From the NCBI GenBank assembly GCA_035687725.1, contig DASRVB010000094.1, positions 1 through 39,409 of the forward strand: DNA of 39,409 nt. The letters run 5' to 3'. Under the pieces are notes generated by a model. That model was given only the letters and a program-made list of their open reading frames with translations, searched no databases and had not been told where the DNA came from. Both the position numbers and the translations under genes were made by a program. Below, piece after piece: positions 27,162-35,377 of the stretch. The stretch's first letter is position 1; every line of letters begins with the position of its first letter. Origin of the DNA: Gemmatimonadota bacterium (GTDB lineage: Bacteria > Gemmatimonadota > Gemmatimonadetes > JACCXV01 > JAHWKZ01).

Positions 27162-28142
27162 CTATCCGCGAACGGCGGCTCGGGCCGAGCGCATTGCGCT
27201 TCCCGCCCGGAGAGAGGCGTCGAAGATGCGGCCGACCCGAACACCGGTGGGGAGCCGGTGGCGTCCGACTGCGTGGAGGCCGATCGAGGCTACGCAGCCG
27301 CAGTTGGCGCAGTCGGGCGTGCCGCCGAACTGGCACGGGGTAACCCTCGTTTCGAGGTCGGCGGAGTAACAGCGCGTGACGCGCGCGAACACGCACTCGT
27401 CCGGGCTGCTGGGGGGCCGCAAGTAGGCGTCCAGCATGCCCCGATTCGCCAGCAGCTTCGGATACTTCGTTCGGATCCGGTCGAGATCCTCGACCGCGCG
27501 CCGCCGCTCGGAGGGGGACAGGATCTCCGGTATCCGCTCGCCGACTTGAGGAGTGAAGAAGCTGATGCGAATGGAGCGGACCTCGGGGCGCTCGCTCCAC
27601 GTGCGGACGAACTCCTCGATGTACCCGTCGCGGGCCGTCATCTGGCTCGTCACCGTGCAGTGGACGATGATCCGATGCCCCTCGATGTGCTCGAGGATGC
27701 GCTCGTACGTGGCCGGCTTGCGTCGGACGTCGTGCTCCGGCTGGAGCCCGTCGATCGAGACCACCATCGTCAGTCCTTCGATGCGCGCCCATTCGCGAGG
27801 GATGCGGCGGACGGCGCTGGTCACGACCTCGACCTTCACTCCCCGCTGGTCGAGCTGCGGAAGCAGCGCGCCCAGCTCCCGGTACCGGACGAGCGGCTCG
27901 CCGCCTACGATGTGGACGAGCAGCGGCCGCTCGCGGTCGACCAGATCGAGGATACCCTCGATCAGGTCGGCCCCCGTCTTGTCGGCGAGGCTCGTGAGGG
28001 GAACACCGTCGAGGTGGCCGGGTTGATAGGCGTAGCATCCGGGACATGAGAGCGGGCAGCGGGTCGTGATCTCGATGGACAGGGAGGGCGAGTACCCCCG
28101 CAGGATCCGGGTCCAGGCCTGCAGGATGGCGGCGCGTTGCAA
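27162..28142 (-). CDS. Radical SAM protein with Cys-rich C-terminus
   Basis: CPLSCPGC (CxxxCxxC), VGGEP, VSIDG...HD.RR; C-terminal ECVF...C...PCQFGGTPDCANCGC. Confidence 0.9.
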   Translation of the reverse strand: MQRAAILQAWTRILRGYSPSLSIEITTRCPLSCPGCYAYQPGHLDGVPLTSLADKTGADLIEGILDLVDRERPLLVHIVGGEPLVRYRELGALLPQLDQRGVKVEVVTSAVRRIPREWARIEGLTMVVSIDGLQPEHDVRRKPATYERILEHIEGHRIIVHCTVTSQMTARDGYIEEFVRTWSERPEVRSIRISFFTPQVGERIPEILSPSERRRAVEDLDRIRTKYPKLLANRGMLDAYLRPPSSPDECVFARVTRCYSADLETRVTPCQFGGTPDCANCGCVASIGLHAVGRHRLPTGVRVGRIFDASLRAGSAMRSARAAVRG

Positions 28143-28291
28143 TGGGCCTCTCGAGCTGCGGGTCCGACTCTTAGAGCGTCGAGCCAGTAACGAGACTATA
28201 GTCCCAGCCTGTCCGGAGCAGCGTAAGCAATCGTACGGCGCCGGGCATCGAACTGGTACAGAATGGTATATTTCCTCGGGAGTGTGGGAAG

Positions 28292-28711
28292 GTGCAGAAG
28301 ATTCTTCGCTCTATCATCGCTCTGGCGCTTCTGCTCGAGGCGGCGGCCTTCTTCCTGGGGGCGATGCTCCATCTCGGCATCCCGATGCCCCTCCCGTTCG
28401 TGGAAACCGAGTCGTTGCGTTTCGCCTTCCTGGAGGCCGCGACAGGCGGCCTGCTCCTCATCGCCTTCGGGGCCGCCGTGCTGCGAAAGCGGAACGCATG
28501 GAAGATCGCGGTGGCGGCCAACGTCGTGGGTGTCGCCAGTATCGCCTACGTCACGGCCGGGGGCGGCCCGTCGGCACAGTCCAGCCATCACGAGCCCATG
28601 CTTCTCCTCATGATCATCGTCCTCGTTGGCCTCTCGGTGCCGCGATGTCGGCAGGCGCTCGAGAACGGCCGCCACGTCCGTCGACGCCGGAGACTCCTTC
28701 AGGCGCTCTAG
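28292..28711 (+). CDS. Hypothetical 4-TM membrane protein
   Basis: Four hydrophobic segments; fills the gap between the radical SAM and GNAT genes; GTG start. Confidence 0.65.
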   Translation: MQKILRSIIALALLLEAAAFFLGAMLHLGIPMPLPFVETESLRFAFLEAATGGLLLIAFGAAVLRKRNAWKIAVAANVVGVASIAYVTAGGGPSAQSSHHEPMLLLMIIVLVGLSVPRCRQALENGRHVRRRRRLLQAL

Positions 28712-28736
28712 CTTCGGGCCGTTCGGGACTCGCGCG

Positions 28737-29297
28737 GTGACGGACATCCGTCCAGCGACCTCCCGAGACGCCCCGGCCATCCACACGCTCTACGCGCCGA
28801 TCGTCGCCGGCACGCATATCTCGTTCGAAGTCGAGCCGCCATCCGTGGAGGAGCTGCGACGGCGGATGGAGGCGGCCCCGATCCCGTGGCTGGTGCGAGA
28901 ATCTGCGGGCGGGATCACGGGCTTCGCGAGCGCCGGGCTGTTCCGCGAGCGTGCGGCATATAGATGGACGGCCGAGATGTCGATCTACGTCGCCGAGCGG
29001 GAACGTCTGCGGGGCGTCGGCCGGGCGCTCGGTGGAGCGCTACTGGATCGGCTCCGCGTCGCAGGATACCGCAGCGCGGTGGGCGTGGTCGCGCTCCCCA
29101 ACCCCGCCAGCGAAGGGCTGCTGCGGGCGCTGGGATTCCGGCCGGTGGGGCTCCTGCGCGAGGCGGGATTCAAGCTCGACCGCTGGTGGGACGTGCAGCT
29201 CTGGCAGCGCGTGCTAGAGGAACCGCAGGGCGACGCCCACGGCCGCGGACGCGGCGATCGTCTCGAGGATCCCCCGCCTCAGGCCGAAGAGGGCTAG
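28737..29297 (+). CDS. GNAT N-acetyltransferase, phosphinothricin acetyltransferase/ArsN1-like
   Basis: IRPAT..DAPAI..LY, ISFEVEPP, FRERAAYRWTAEMSIYV, RGVGRAL, LPNPAS, GFKLDRWWDV; start GTG 28737. Confidence 0.88.
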   Translation: MTDIRPATSRDAPAIHTLYAPIVAGTHISFEVEPPSVEELRRRMEAAPIPWLVRESAGGITGFASAGLFRERAAYRWTAEMSIYVAERERLRGVGRALGGALLDRLRVAGYRSAVGVVALPNPASEGLLRALGFRPVGLLREAGFKLDRWWDVQLWQRVLEEPQGDAHGRGRGDRLEDPPPQAEEG

Positions 29298-30551
29298 CAC
29301 CGCGCCCAGAGCGATCGCCGCCGCGACAGGATCGACCGTCGACCAGACCGGCAGCTCGAGGTCGAGCATCCGCCAGCCGGGCCGCTCCGTCGCGCCGAAC
29401 AGCGTCCGCGTAGCGAACCACAGCGCGAGGTTCAGGATCACGCCTACGACAGCGGCGGTGATTGCCGAGAGCGCGGCGTTCAGCTCCTTCCGTCCCCGCA
29501 GGTGCTCGACGTAGGGCGCCCCGACGAATATGAACAGGAAGCACGGCACGTACGTGACCCACGTGGTCACCACGGATCCCAGCGCGCCCGCGATCATCGG
29601 GTGGAGGTTCCCGGGATCGCGGTAGGCGCCCAGAAAGCCGACGAACTGGACCACCTGGATCAGCGGCCCGGGCGTGGTCTCGGCCATCCCGAGGCCGTCC
29701 AGCATCTCGCCGGGGGCGAGCCAGCCGAAGTCGGCCACCGCGCGCTGCGCGACGTACGCGAGGACCGCATAGGCTCCGCCGAAGGTGACCGAGGCGGTTT
29801 TCGAGAAGAACACCGCCTCCTCGAGAAAGACGGTGCCTCCGGCCGTCACGGCCAGGAGGCCGACCGGGACCCACCACAGCGCCAGCCACAGCGCGGCCGT
29901 CGCGGCCGTGCGATGGAGGGGTGGAGGAGGGACGGACTCAGGCTCGGGAGGATCGCCGACACCGGGGAGAGCGGGGGAGATCAGGGCTTCGGCTCCCAAC
30001 CTCCCGCCGATCCAGCCGGCGAGAGCGGATCCCGCGATGATCGCCGGGAAGGGGACGCCGAACGCGAAGATCCCGACGAACGCCGCGATGGCGATGGCGA
30101 GGAGATAGCCGCTCGCGAGCGCCCTCTGCGCGATCCGCACGAGCGCATGGACGACGATCGCGAGGACGGCCGGCTTGATCCCGTAGAACACCGACTCCAC
30201 GAGCGGGACGTCGCCCCAGCCGGCGTACACGATGCTGAGGACGAGGATCGACAGGAATCCCGGGAGGACGAAGATCACGCCCGCCGCGAGCCCGCCCCGC
30301 CAGCGGTGCATCAGCCACCCGATGTACGCTGCGAGTTGCGTCGCCTCGGGCCCCGGAAGCAGCATGCAGTAGTTGAGGGCATGGAGGAACCGCCGCTGCG
30401 AGATCCAGCGCCGCTCGTCGACCAGGAGTCGCTGCATGACCGCGATCTGGCCGGCGGGGCCGCCGAAGGAGAGGCAGGCGACCTTGATCCACGTGGGCAG
30501 CGCCTGCCGGAGGGTCGGTGTTGCGGCCGCGGAGTCCTGGCTCGACCTCAC
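29214..30551 (-). CDS. chrA: Chromate efflux transporter (long-chain CHR)
   Basis: SFGGPAGQIAVM, ALNYCMLLPGPEATQL, TFGGAYAVL, GLGMAETTPGPLI, ITAAVVGVILNL. GTG 30551 overlaps the upstream stop (GTGA). Confidence 0.93.
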   Translation of the reverse strand: MRSSQDSAAATPTLRQALPTWIKVACLSFGGPAGQIAVMQRLLVDERRWISQRRFLHALNYCMLLPGPEATQLAAYIGWLMHRWRGGLAAGVIFVLPGFLSILVLSIVYAGWGDVPLVESVFYGIKPAVLAIVVHALVRIAQRALASGYLLAIAIAAFVGIFAFGVPFPAIIAGSALAGWIGGRLGAEALISPALPGVGDPPEPESVPPPPLHRTAATAALWLALWWVPVGLLAVTAGGTVFLEEAVFFSKTASVTFGGAYAVLAYVAQRAVADFGWLAPGEMLDGLGMAETTPGPLIQVVQFVGFLGAYRDPGNLHPMIAGALGSVVTTWVTYVPCFLFIFVGAPYVEHLRGRKELNAALSAITAAVVGVILNLALWFATRTLFGATERPGWRMLDLELPVWSTVDPVAAAIALGAVLALFGLRRGILETIAASAAVGVALRFL

Positions 30552-31381
30552 GCGAAAAAATCGAGAATCCCGGGGGCGAGAGCGTCTACCGTACCGGCAT
30601 GCAGCCAGGCGTCCGGGGCGGCGCCCGGAGTACGGTTGACGTCGTACAGCACGACCTCTCCATCCACGATGCCATAGTCGAACTTCCCGTAGTCGAATCC
30701 AAGTTCCTCGCGAATCGCGCGGAGCTCCACGGGGATGGGCTCGGACGTTGGTTCCATGACCCCCCGGAACTTGACCACCGGGTGCGATGACGCCGTCCGC
30801 CGGGTGACTTCCCTCGATCCTAGGAAGAGCCAGTGCCGGCACACATACCACTCGCCTTCGCGCTCGGGGACGAAACGCTCCACCACCAGGTTACGGTTCG
30901 CCCAGACGCCGTGCGGAACGAGCCGGCTCCCGGGGAACACAGGATAGTCTTCGGGCCGAACGAAGCGCCGCATTCTCCACGGAAGGGCGGCTTCTGCCAT
31001 TCTCCTCCACCACGGGGAAACCCGATGCTCGCGCCAGCCGCCCGCGTTGCGGTCGGTCTTCACGATGACCGCGCCCCCGTAGGAGTCTTCGCGCCCGACG
31101 AGGAGCCGGCTGAAGCGTCGTTTGCGGATGTCGACCGCGAGTCCGTTTACGGTTCGCGGAAATCTGGCCGCCAGCTGCTGGTAGGCCGGAGGAACGACGG
31201 AGAGACTCACATGCTGGATCGCGAGATCGGCTTGGGCCGCGTCCTCGACATCGGTGACGAGGTCGACCTTCAAGCCCATGTCCTCCCATTGCGACATGAG
31301 CAGGTGGACAAGCCTGGGCTCGTCCCAGAAGCCATCCTGCGAGTGTGCCAGGATCGCAACCGAGTGTCCCGAATGGCTCAT
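30548..31381 (-). CDS. Hypothetical protein, ATP-grasp-like, 277 aa
   Basis: 3' part of track ORF 30548..32152; ATG 31381. VN...DIRK, VIVKTDRNAGG, LVVERFVP and FDYGKFDY...VLYDVNRTPG resemble RimK-type ATP-grasp motifs. Confidence 0.65.
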   Translation of the reverse strand: MSHSGHSVAILAHSQDGFWDEPRLVHLLMSQWEDMGLKVDLVTDVEDAAQADLAIQHVSLSVVPPAYQQLAARFPRTVNGLAVDIRKRRFSRLLVGREDSYGGAVIVKTDRNAGGWREHRVSPWWRRMAEAALPWRMRRFVRPEDYPVFPGSRLVPHGVWANRNLVVERFVPEREGEWYVCRHWLFLGSREVTRRTASSHPVVKFRGVMEPTSEPIPVELRAIREELGFDYGKFDYGIVDGEVVLYDVNRTPGAAPDAWLHAGTVDALAPGILDFFA

Positions 31382-32262
31382 GATCCGATGGGAGAGCCGC
31401 GCTCCGCTTCTTCGCTGGTGATAGAGGCGTGGAGGTTGCCGGGCCCGAGTATCAGGCTGGGGCACCGCTCGCTGAGCTCGTAGGCGGGATGGATGACGTC
31501 CAGTATCGCGAATCCCGCTTCGGAGAACAGACGGCTGAGGGCGTCCAAGGTCGGAAACGTGTAGCGGGCGGCTACTCCGCGGTATGCGTTTATGGTCCGC
31601 ACGGTTTCGATCGACCAGCCGACTCGGCGAGACAACGCAGCGAGATCGGGCTCCGAGGCCTGCAACGTATCCCACACCTCCGCCAGGACGACTCCCTGCT
31701 CGGCATTTGCCTGCAGCGCCATCGCGAGCCGCCACTTGAAGGCGTGGAAACCTTTCACGCGGCCGTCCGCCAGATCCCTGAGGACGTCCGCAAGCGGTTC
31801 CGGCGTCTCGGCCTGGACGAAACAGCGGGCGACGCAGCGGCCGTCCGTGGCGAGCACTCGCCGCAGCTCCGCACAGGCCTCCATGTAGCCCCCGGGAAAC
31901 GGAAGCGTGGACAGACAGCCATCGGACAGGACGACGTCGACGGACCTGTCCGACAATGGCAGCCGCCGCCAGTCGCCGCAGATGGCCGCGTCTCCCCTGT
32001 GCAGCGGGCCCGGCCATACGGCCCGGATCATGTCCCTCGATCGATCCACCGCGATCACGCGGGTCCCCTCCAGCGTCGTGAGCGAGCAGAGCTCCGGGGT
32101 CACGCCCATGACGAGCACGGTGGAATCGAGCCGGCTCGTCGCCGTGCTCCATGCGCCGAGGGCTCTTTCAACGACCGCCAGGTCCTCCGGTGAAGGCCGG
32201 AGGGGTGGGCCGACCCGCGACCATTGCCGGGCGTGTCGCTCCCATGGAGTCGAGGCGCTCAT
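31378..32262 (-). CDS. Class I SAM-dependent methyltransferase-like protein
   Basis: Degenerate motif I VLVMGVTPEL, VIAVDRS, GDWRRLPLSDRSVDVVLSDG, ELRRVLATDG. Confidence 0.8.
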   Translation of the reverse strand: MSASTPWERHARQWSRVGPPLRPSPEDLAVVERALGAWSTATSRLDSTVLVMGVTPELCSLTTLEGTRVIAVDRSRDMIRAVWPGPLHRGDAAICGDWRRLPLSDRSVDVVLSDGCLSTLPFPGGYMEACAELRRVLATDGRCVARCFVQAETPEPLADVLRDLADGRVKGFHAFKWRLAMALQANAEQGVVLAEVWDTLQASEPDLAALSRRVGWSIETVRTINAYRGVAARYTFPTLDALSRLFSEAGFAILDVIHPAYELSERCPSLILGPGNLHASITSEEAERGSPIGS

Positions 32263-33302
32263 CCGTTCGCGCTCGCGGGCACTGCTTCGATGACCGCCAG
32301 CGTGGAGCGGAGCGGCTTCACGCCTGCGGTGCGGAGGCCCGCGTCCGACAGGAGCTCTCGAAGCTCGGCCTCCGTCCGCTCGCGGCCCCCATGCTGGACC
32401 AGCATATGCAGGTCCATGCAGGCGAGTTCCTGGTCGTCGGGAGACGCGCCGAAACGCCCGGGAGCGATGCGCTCCACCACGAGCAGCCGGGCAGCCGGCC
32501 CGAGGGCGCGCCGGCAGCTCGCAAGGATGGCAGTCGCGCGCTCATCGTTCCAATCGTGGAGGACGCTCTTCAGCAGATACGTGTCGGCGCCCTCGGGCAC
32601 GCGATCGAAGAAGTCCCCGGCGACGAACTCGCAGCGATGCTCGAGCCCGGCGGCGCGCACGTTCCGCCGTCCCAGCTCAATCGCGTGAGGCTCGTCGAAC
32701 AGGATGCCGACGGAGCCCGGGCATGCGCCGAGCGCGGCGACGAGGAGCTCGCCGGAACCGCCGCCGACATCGACGATCTTCCGGGCGCCCGTCCAATCGA
32801 CAGCCGCGACGAACGCGCCCACGAGGAGCCGCGTGAGCTGGGACATCGCTTGATGGAAGATCCGAGCCGCTTCCGAGTCGGAGGCCAGCCGGTCGAACGC
32901 GGCCGTTCCCGGGTTCAGCTGCCGCGCGCTGTCGCCGGTCATCACGCTGTGCAGGAGCTGTCCCCAGACAGGCCAGCACGCGCCGCCCCAATGGAGCACC
33001 CACGCGCGGAGCGAGACGGGCGCTTCTTCCCGCAGGAGCGATCCGGTCGGGGTGAGCTCGAAGGCGCCGTCGGGCCGGGGACGCACGATCGCAATGGCGA
33101 CGAGCGCCCTCAGCAGTCGCTCGAGGGAGGGGCCGTGGGCGCCGATCTCCGAGGCGAGCTCGGCGGCCGAGCGGGGGGAGTCGTGGAGGCGGTCGGCGAT
33201 CCCCAGGCGGGCGGCCACGTACACCGCCTGGGTCTTCCAGCTTCCCGACACGATGTCGAGCAGCCGGGCCGCATCCGCGGTGCGCTCTGGACTCGGTCCC
33301 AT
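32259..33302 (-). CDS. O-methyltransferase (dimerisation domain + Methyltransf_2), 347 aa
   Basis: VAARLGIADRL, LERLLRALV, IVDVGGGSG, GDFF, YLLKSVLHDWND, GGRERTEAE; start ATG 33302. Confidence 0.93.
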   Translation of the reverse strand: MGPSPERTADAARLLDIVSGSWKTQAVYVAARLGIADRLHDSPRSAAELASEIGAHGPSLERLLRALVAIAIVRPRPDGAFELTPTGSLLREEAPVSLRAWVLHWGGACWPVWGQLLHSVMTGDSARQLNPGTAAFDRLASDSEAARIFHQAMSQLTRLLVGAFVAAVDWTGARKIVDVGGGSGELLVAALGACPGSVGILFDEPHAIELGRRNVRAAGLEHRCEFVAGDFFDRVPEGADTYLLKSVLHDWNDERATAILASCRRALGPAARLLVVERIAPGRFGASPDDQELACMDLHMLVQHGGRERTEAELRELLSDAGLRTAGVKPLRSTLAVIEAVPASANG

Positions 33303-33381
33303 GGCGCCGCATGATAGCGGCGGCTGTGGGGGCCAGCACGGCGCCGAGGTATCATCTGACGAAGGGAGAGGAGGGAGGGCC

Positions 33382-34338
33382 ATGAGCAGCGAAGCTTCGG
33401 TACACGGCATACACCACGTCACGGCGATCGCGGGTCATCCGCAGGAGAACCTGACCTTCTACGCGGGGGTCCTGGGGCTGCGCCTCGTCAAGCGCAGCGT
33501 CAACCAGGACGATCCCGGCACCTATCACCTCTTCTACGCCGACGCCGCCGGCACCCCCGGCACCGACGTGACGTTCTTCCCGTGGACGCGCATGGCCCCC
33601 TCGCGCCCGGGCGCGGGCATGGTGGGAGAGATCGCGCTGGCGATCCCGGGTGGAAGTCTCGGCTGGTGGCGGGAGAGACTCGGCGATCACGACGTCCTTC
33701 GCATGGAAGAGGAGCAGCGGTTCGAGGAGAGGGTACTCCCCTTCCACGATCCGCACGGTCTGTCGCTGGCGCTCGTCGAGATCGGGGAGGATCGCGAGTT
33801 CGCGGTGTGGGCGGAGAGTCCCGTGCCTCCCGAGCATCAGATCCGCGGCGTCCACGCGGTGCGGATCCAGGAGCGCGTGCTCGCGCCCTCGGTCGCGCTG
33901 CTCGAGGAAGTGCTGGGCTTTCGGCGCGTCGCGAGCGACGGCGCCTGGCATCGCTGGTCCGCCGGTCGGGGATCGGGGGCCTTCGCCGACCTGCAGGAGG
34001 CGCCGGAAGCCCCGTTCGGCCGCTGGGGAACCGGTGCCGTTCACCACGTGGCGTGGAGGGTCCGGGACGACGAGGAGCAGCTCGCCGTGCGCGCGGCGGT
34101 CGAGGCCACGGGTCTCCAGCCGACGCCGGTCATCGATCGGTTCTGGTTCCACTCGGTGTACTTCAAGGAGCCGGGCGGGACGCTGTTCGAGCTGGCCACG
34201 GACGGCCCCGGCTTCGACCGCGACGAGGATCCGGCCAGGCTCGGGGAGACGCTCGTGCTCCCGCCGTGGCTCGAGCGGAATCGGCCCGCGATCGAGAGCG
34301 TCCTGCCGCCTCTCGAGATGCCGGTTGCCGCGTCGTGA
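33382..34338 (+). CDS. Ring-cleaving dioxygenase (MhqA/MhqO-like, VOC fold)
   Basis: GIHHVTAIAG, LVKRSVNQDDPGTYHLFY, GAVHHVAWR, IDRFWFHSVYFKEPGGTLFELATDGPGF; purine-rich RBS before ATG 33382. Confidence 0.92.
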   Translation: MSSEASVHGIHHVTAIAGHPQENLTFYAGVLGLRLVKRSVNQDDPGTYHLFYADAAGTPGTDVTFFPWTRMAPSRPGAGMVGEIALAIPGGSLGWWRERLGDHDVLRMEEEQRFEERVLPFHDPHGLSLALVEIGEDREFAVWAESPVPPEHQIRGVHAVRIQERVLAPSVALLEEVLGFRRVASDGAWHRWSAGRGSGAFADLQEAPEAPFGRWGTGAVHHVAWRVRDDEEQLAVRAAVEATGLQPTPVIDRFWFHSVYFKEPGGTLFELATDGPGFDRDEDPARLGETLVLPPWLERNRPAIESVLPPLEMPVAAS

Positions 34339-34862
34339 TCGTGCCGTCCAGGGAGGGGCAGACGCCCGCAGCGAAGGGCTCCTGGAGGCTGCGCCCGCCG
34401 CGACCCGAAGACTACGCCTGGGTCGTCGAGCGCCACCGCGACTTCTACCGCCGCGAGCACGGCTGGGACGACCGCTTCATGGCTCTCGTGGAGAAGGTCG
34501 TGGAGGACTTCGTCCGCGACTTCGATCCGGCGCGGGAGCGGTGCTGGATCGCGGAGGTGGACGGCCGCCCGGTGGGCTCGGTGTTCCTGGTCGCCCATCC
34601 CGAGCGCGAAGGCGTCGCCAAGCTGCGGCTGCTCCTCGTCGAGCCCGAGGCGCGCGGCCTCGGGATCGGAGCCCGGCTGGTCGCCGAGTGCACGGTCTTC
34701 GCGCGGGCGGCGGGGTACCGCGCCATCACGCTGTGGACGAGCAGCGCGCTCCATGGCGCGCGCAGGATCTACGAAGCCGAGGGGTATCGGCTCGTCCGCG
34801 AGGAGCCCGAGCCGATGTTCAACGAAGGGGAGATGGGGCAGGAGTGGGAGCTCGAGCTCTGA
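34335..34862 (+). CDS. GNAT N-acetyltransferase (resembles the GNAT half of MarR-GNAT fusions)
   Basis: GTGA overlap with the dioxygenase stop; RERCWIAE, AKLRLLLVEPEARGLGIGARLV, LWTSSALHGARRIY. Confidence 0.88.
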   Translation: MIVPSREGQTPAAKGSWRLRPPRPEDYAWVVERHRDFYRREHGWDDRFMALVEKVVEDFVRDFDPARERCWIAEVDGRPVGSVFLVAHPEREGVAKLRLLLVEPEARGLGIGARLVAECTVFARAAGYRAITLWTSSALHGARRIYEAEGYRLVREEPEPMFNEGEMGQEWELEL

Positions 34863-34871
34863 GGCCGACCC

Positions 34872-35297
34872 TCAGCCCCCGCTTCCTTCGTCGATGGGTC
34901 GCGCGCCCGGCATGAGGAAGACGCGGCGGGCGAGGGCGGAGTCGAGCACCGCGCGGTCGTAGTACGGCTCCAGCGCGCGACCGCCGAGGATGTCCTCGGC
35001 GAGCGCCGCGAACTCCTCCCACGTCGCGTCGACCCCGACCCGCTCCATTCGCTCCCGGATCACGCTGAACCAGGCCCACGTCAGCGTCTCGTGGTACAGG
35101 CCCTCCTTCCCGATCGCGACCGCGAGCTCCTGGATGCCGCGCGCGAGCTCGGCGAGGGCCTGGGGAGCGGGTCGGGTGCGCGCATAGTGCCAGGCGATCA
35201 TGACGTGCTCGCGGTGGCTGAGCGACCCGGTCAGCGTGCGGCGCTCCTCGAAGGCGCGGACGACGTCGGGGACCGAGTGGGTGGCATCGGAGGTCAT
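34872..35297 (-). CDS. Conserved-looking hypothetical protein with HREH and YHET motifs, 141 aa
   Basis: SHREHVMIAW, YHETLTWAW, YY....L.S..ARRVF..P; ATG 35297 with TATCTT 7 nt upstream. Confidence 0.75.
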   Translation of the reverse strand: MTSDATHSVPDVVRAFEERRTLTGSLSHREHVMIAWHYARTRPAPQALAELARGIQELAVAIGKEGLYHETLTWAWFSVIRERMERVGVDATWEEFAALAEDILGGRALEPYYDRAVLDSALARRVFLMPGARPIDEGSGG

Positions 35298-35377
35298 GCG
35301 CGGAAAGATAGGGGGATGCGGCGAAGCCGCGCCTGCGTGCCGGGGCGAGCCGTCCGCAGGATCCCGGAACGCCTCCA

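Noticed and set aside
24005-33302. A single biosynthetic cluster joining GT1, radical SAM, methyltransferases and the ATP-grasp-like gene
   Set aside because: The genes are interrupted by opposite-strand unrelated genes and no scaffold synthase or precursor is present; only the coupled cassette is retained.
35310-35375. GC-rich hairpins between the SDR and the YHET-motif gene, and at 22777-22798, considered as ncRNA or riboswitch
   Set aside because: Short stems are expected at this GC content and no riboswitch consensus was recognised; an Rfam scan would be needed.
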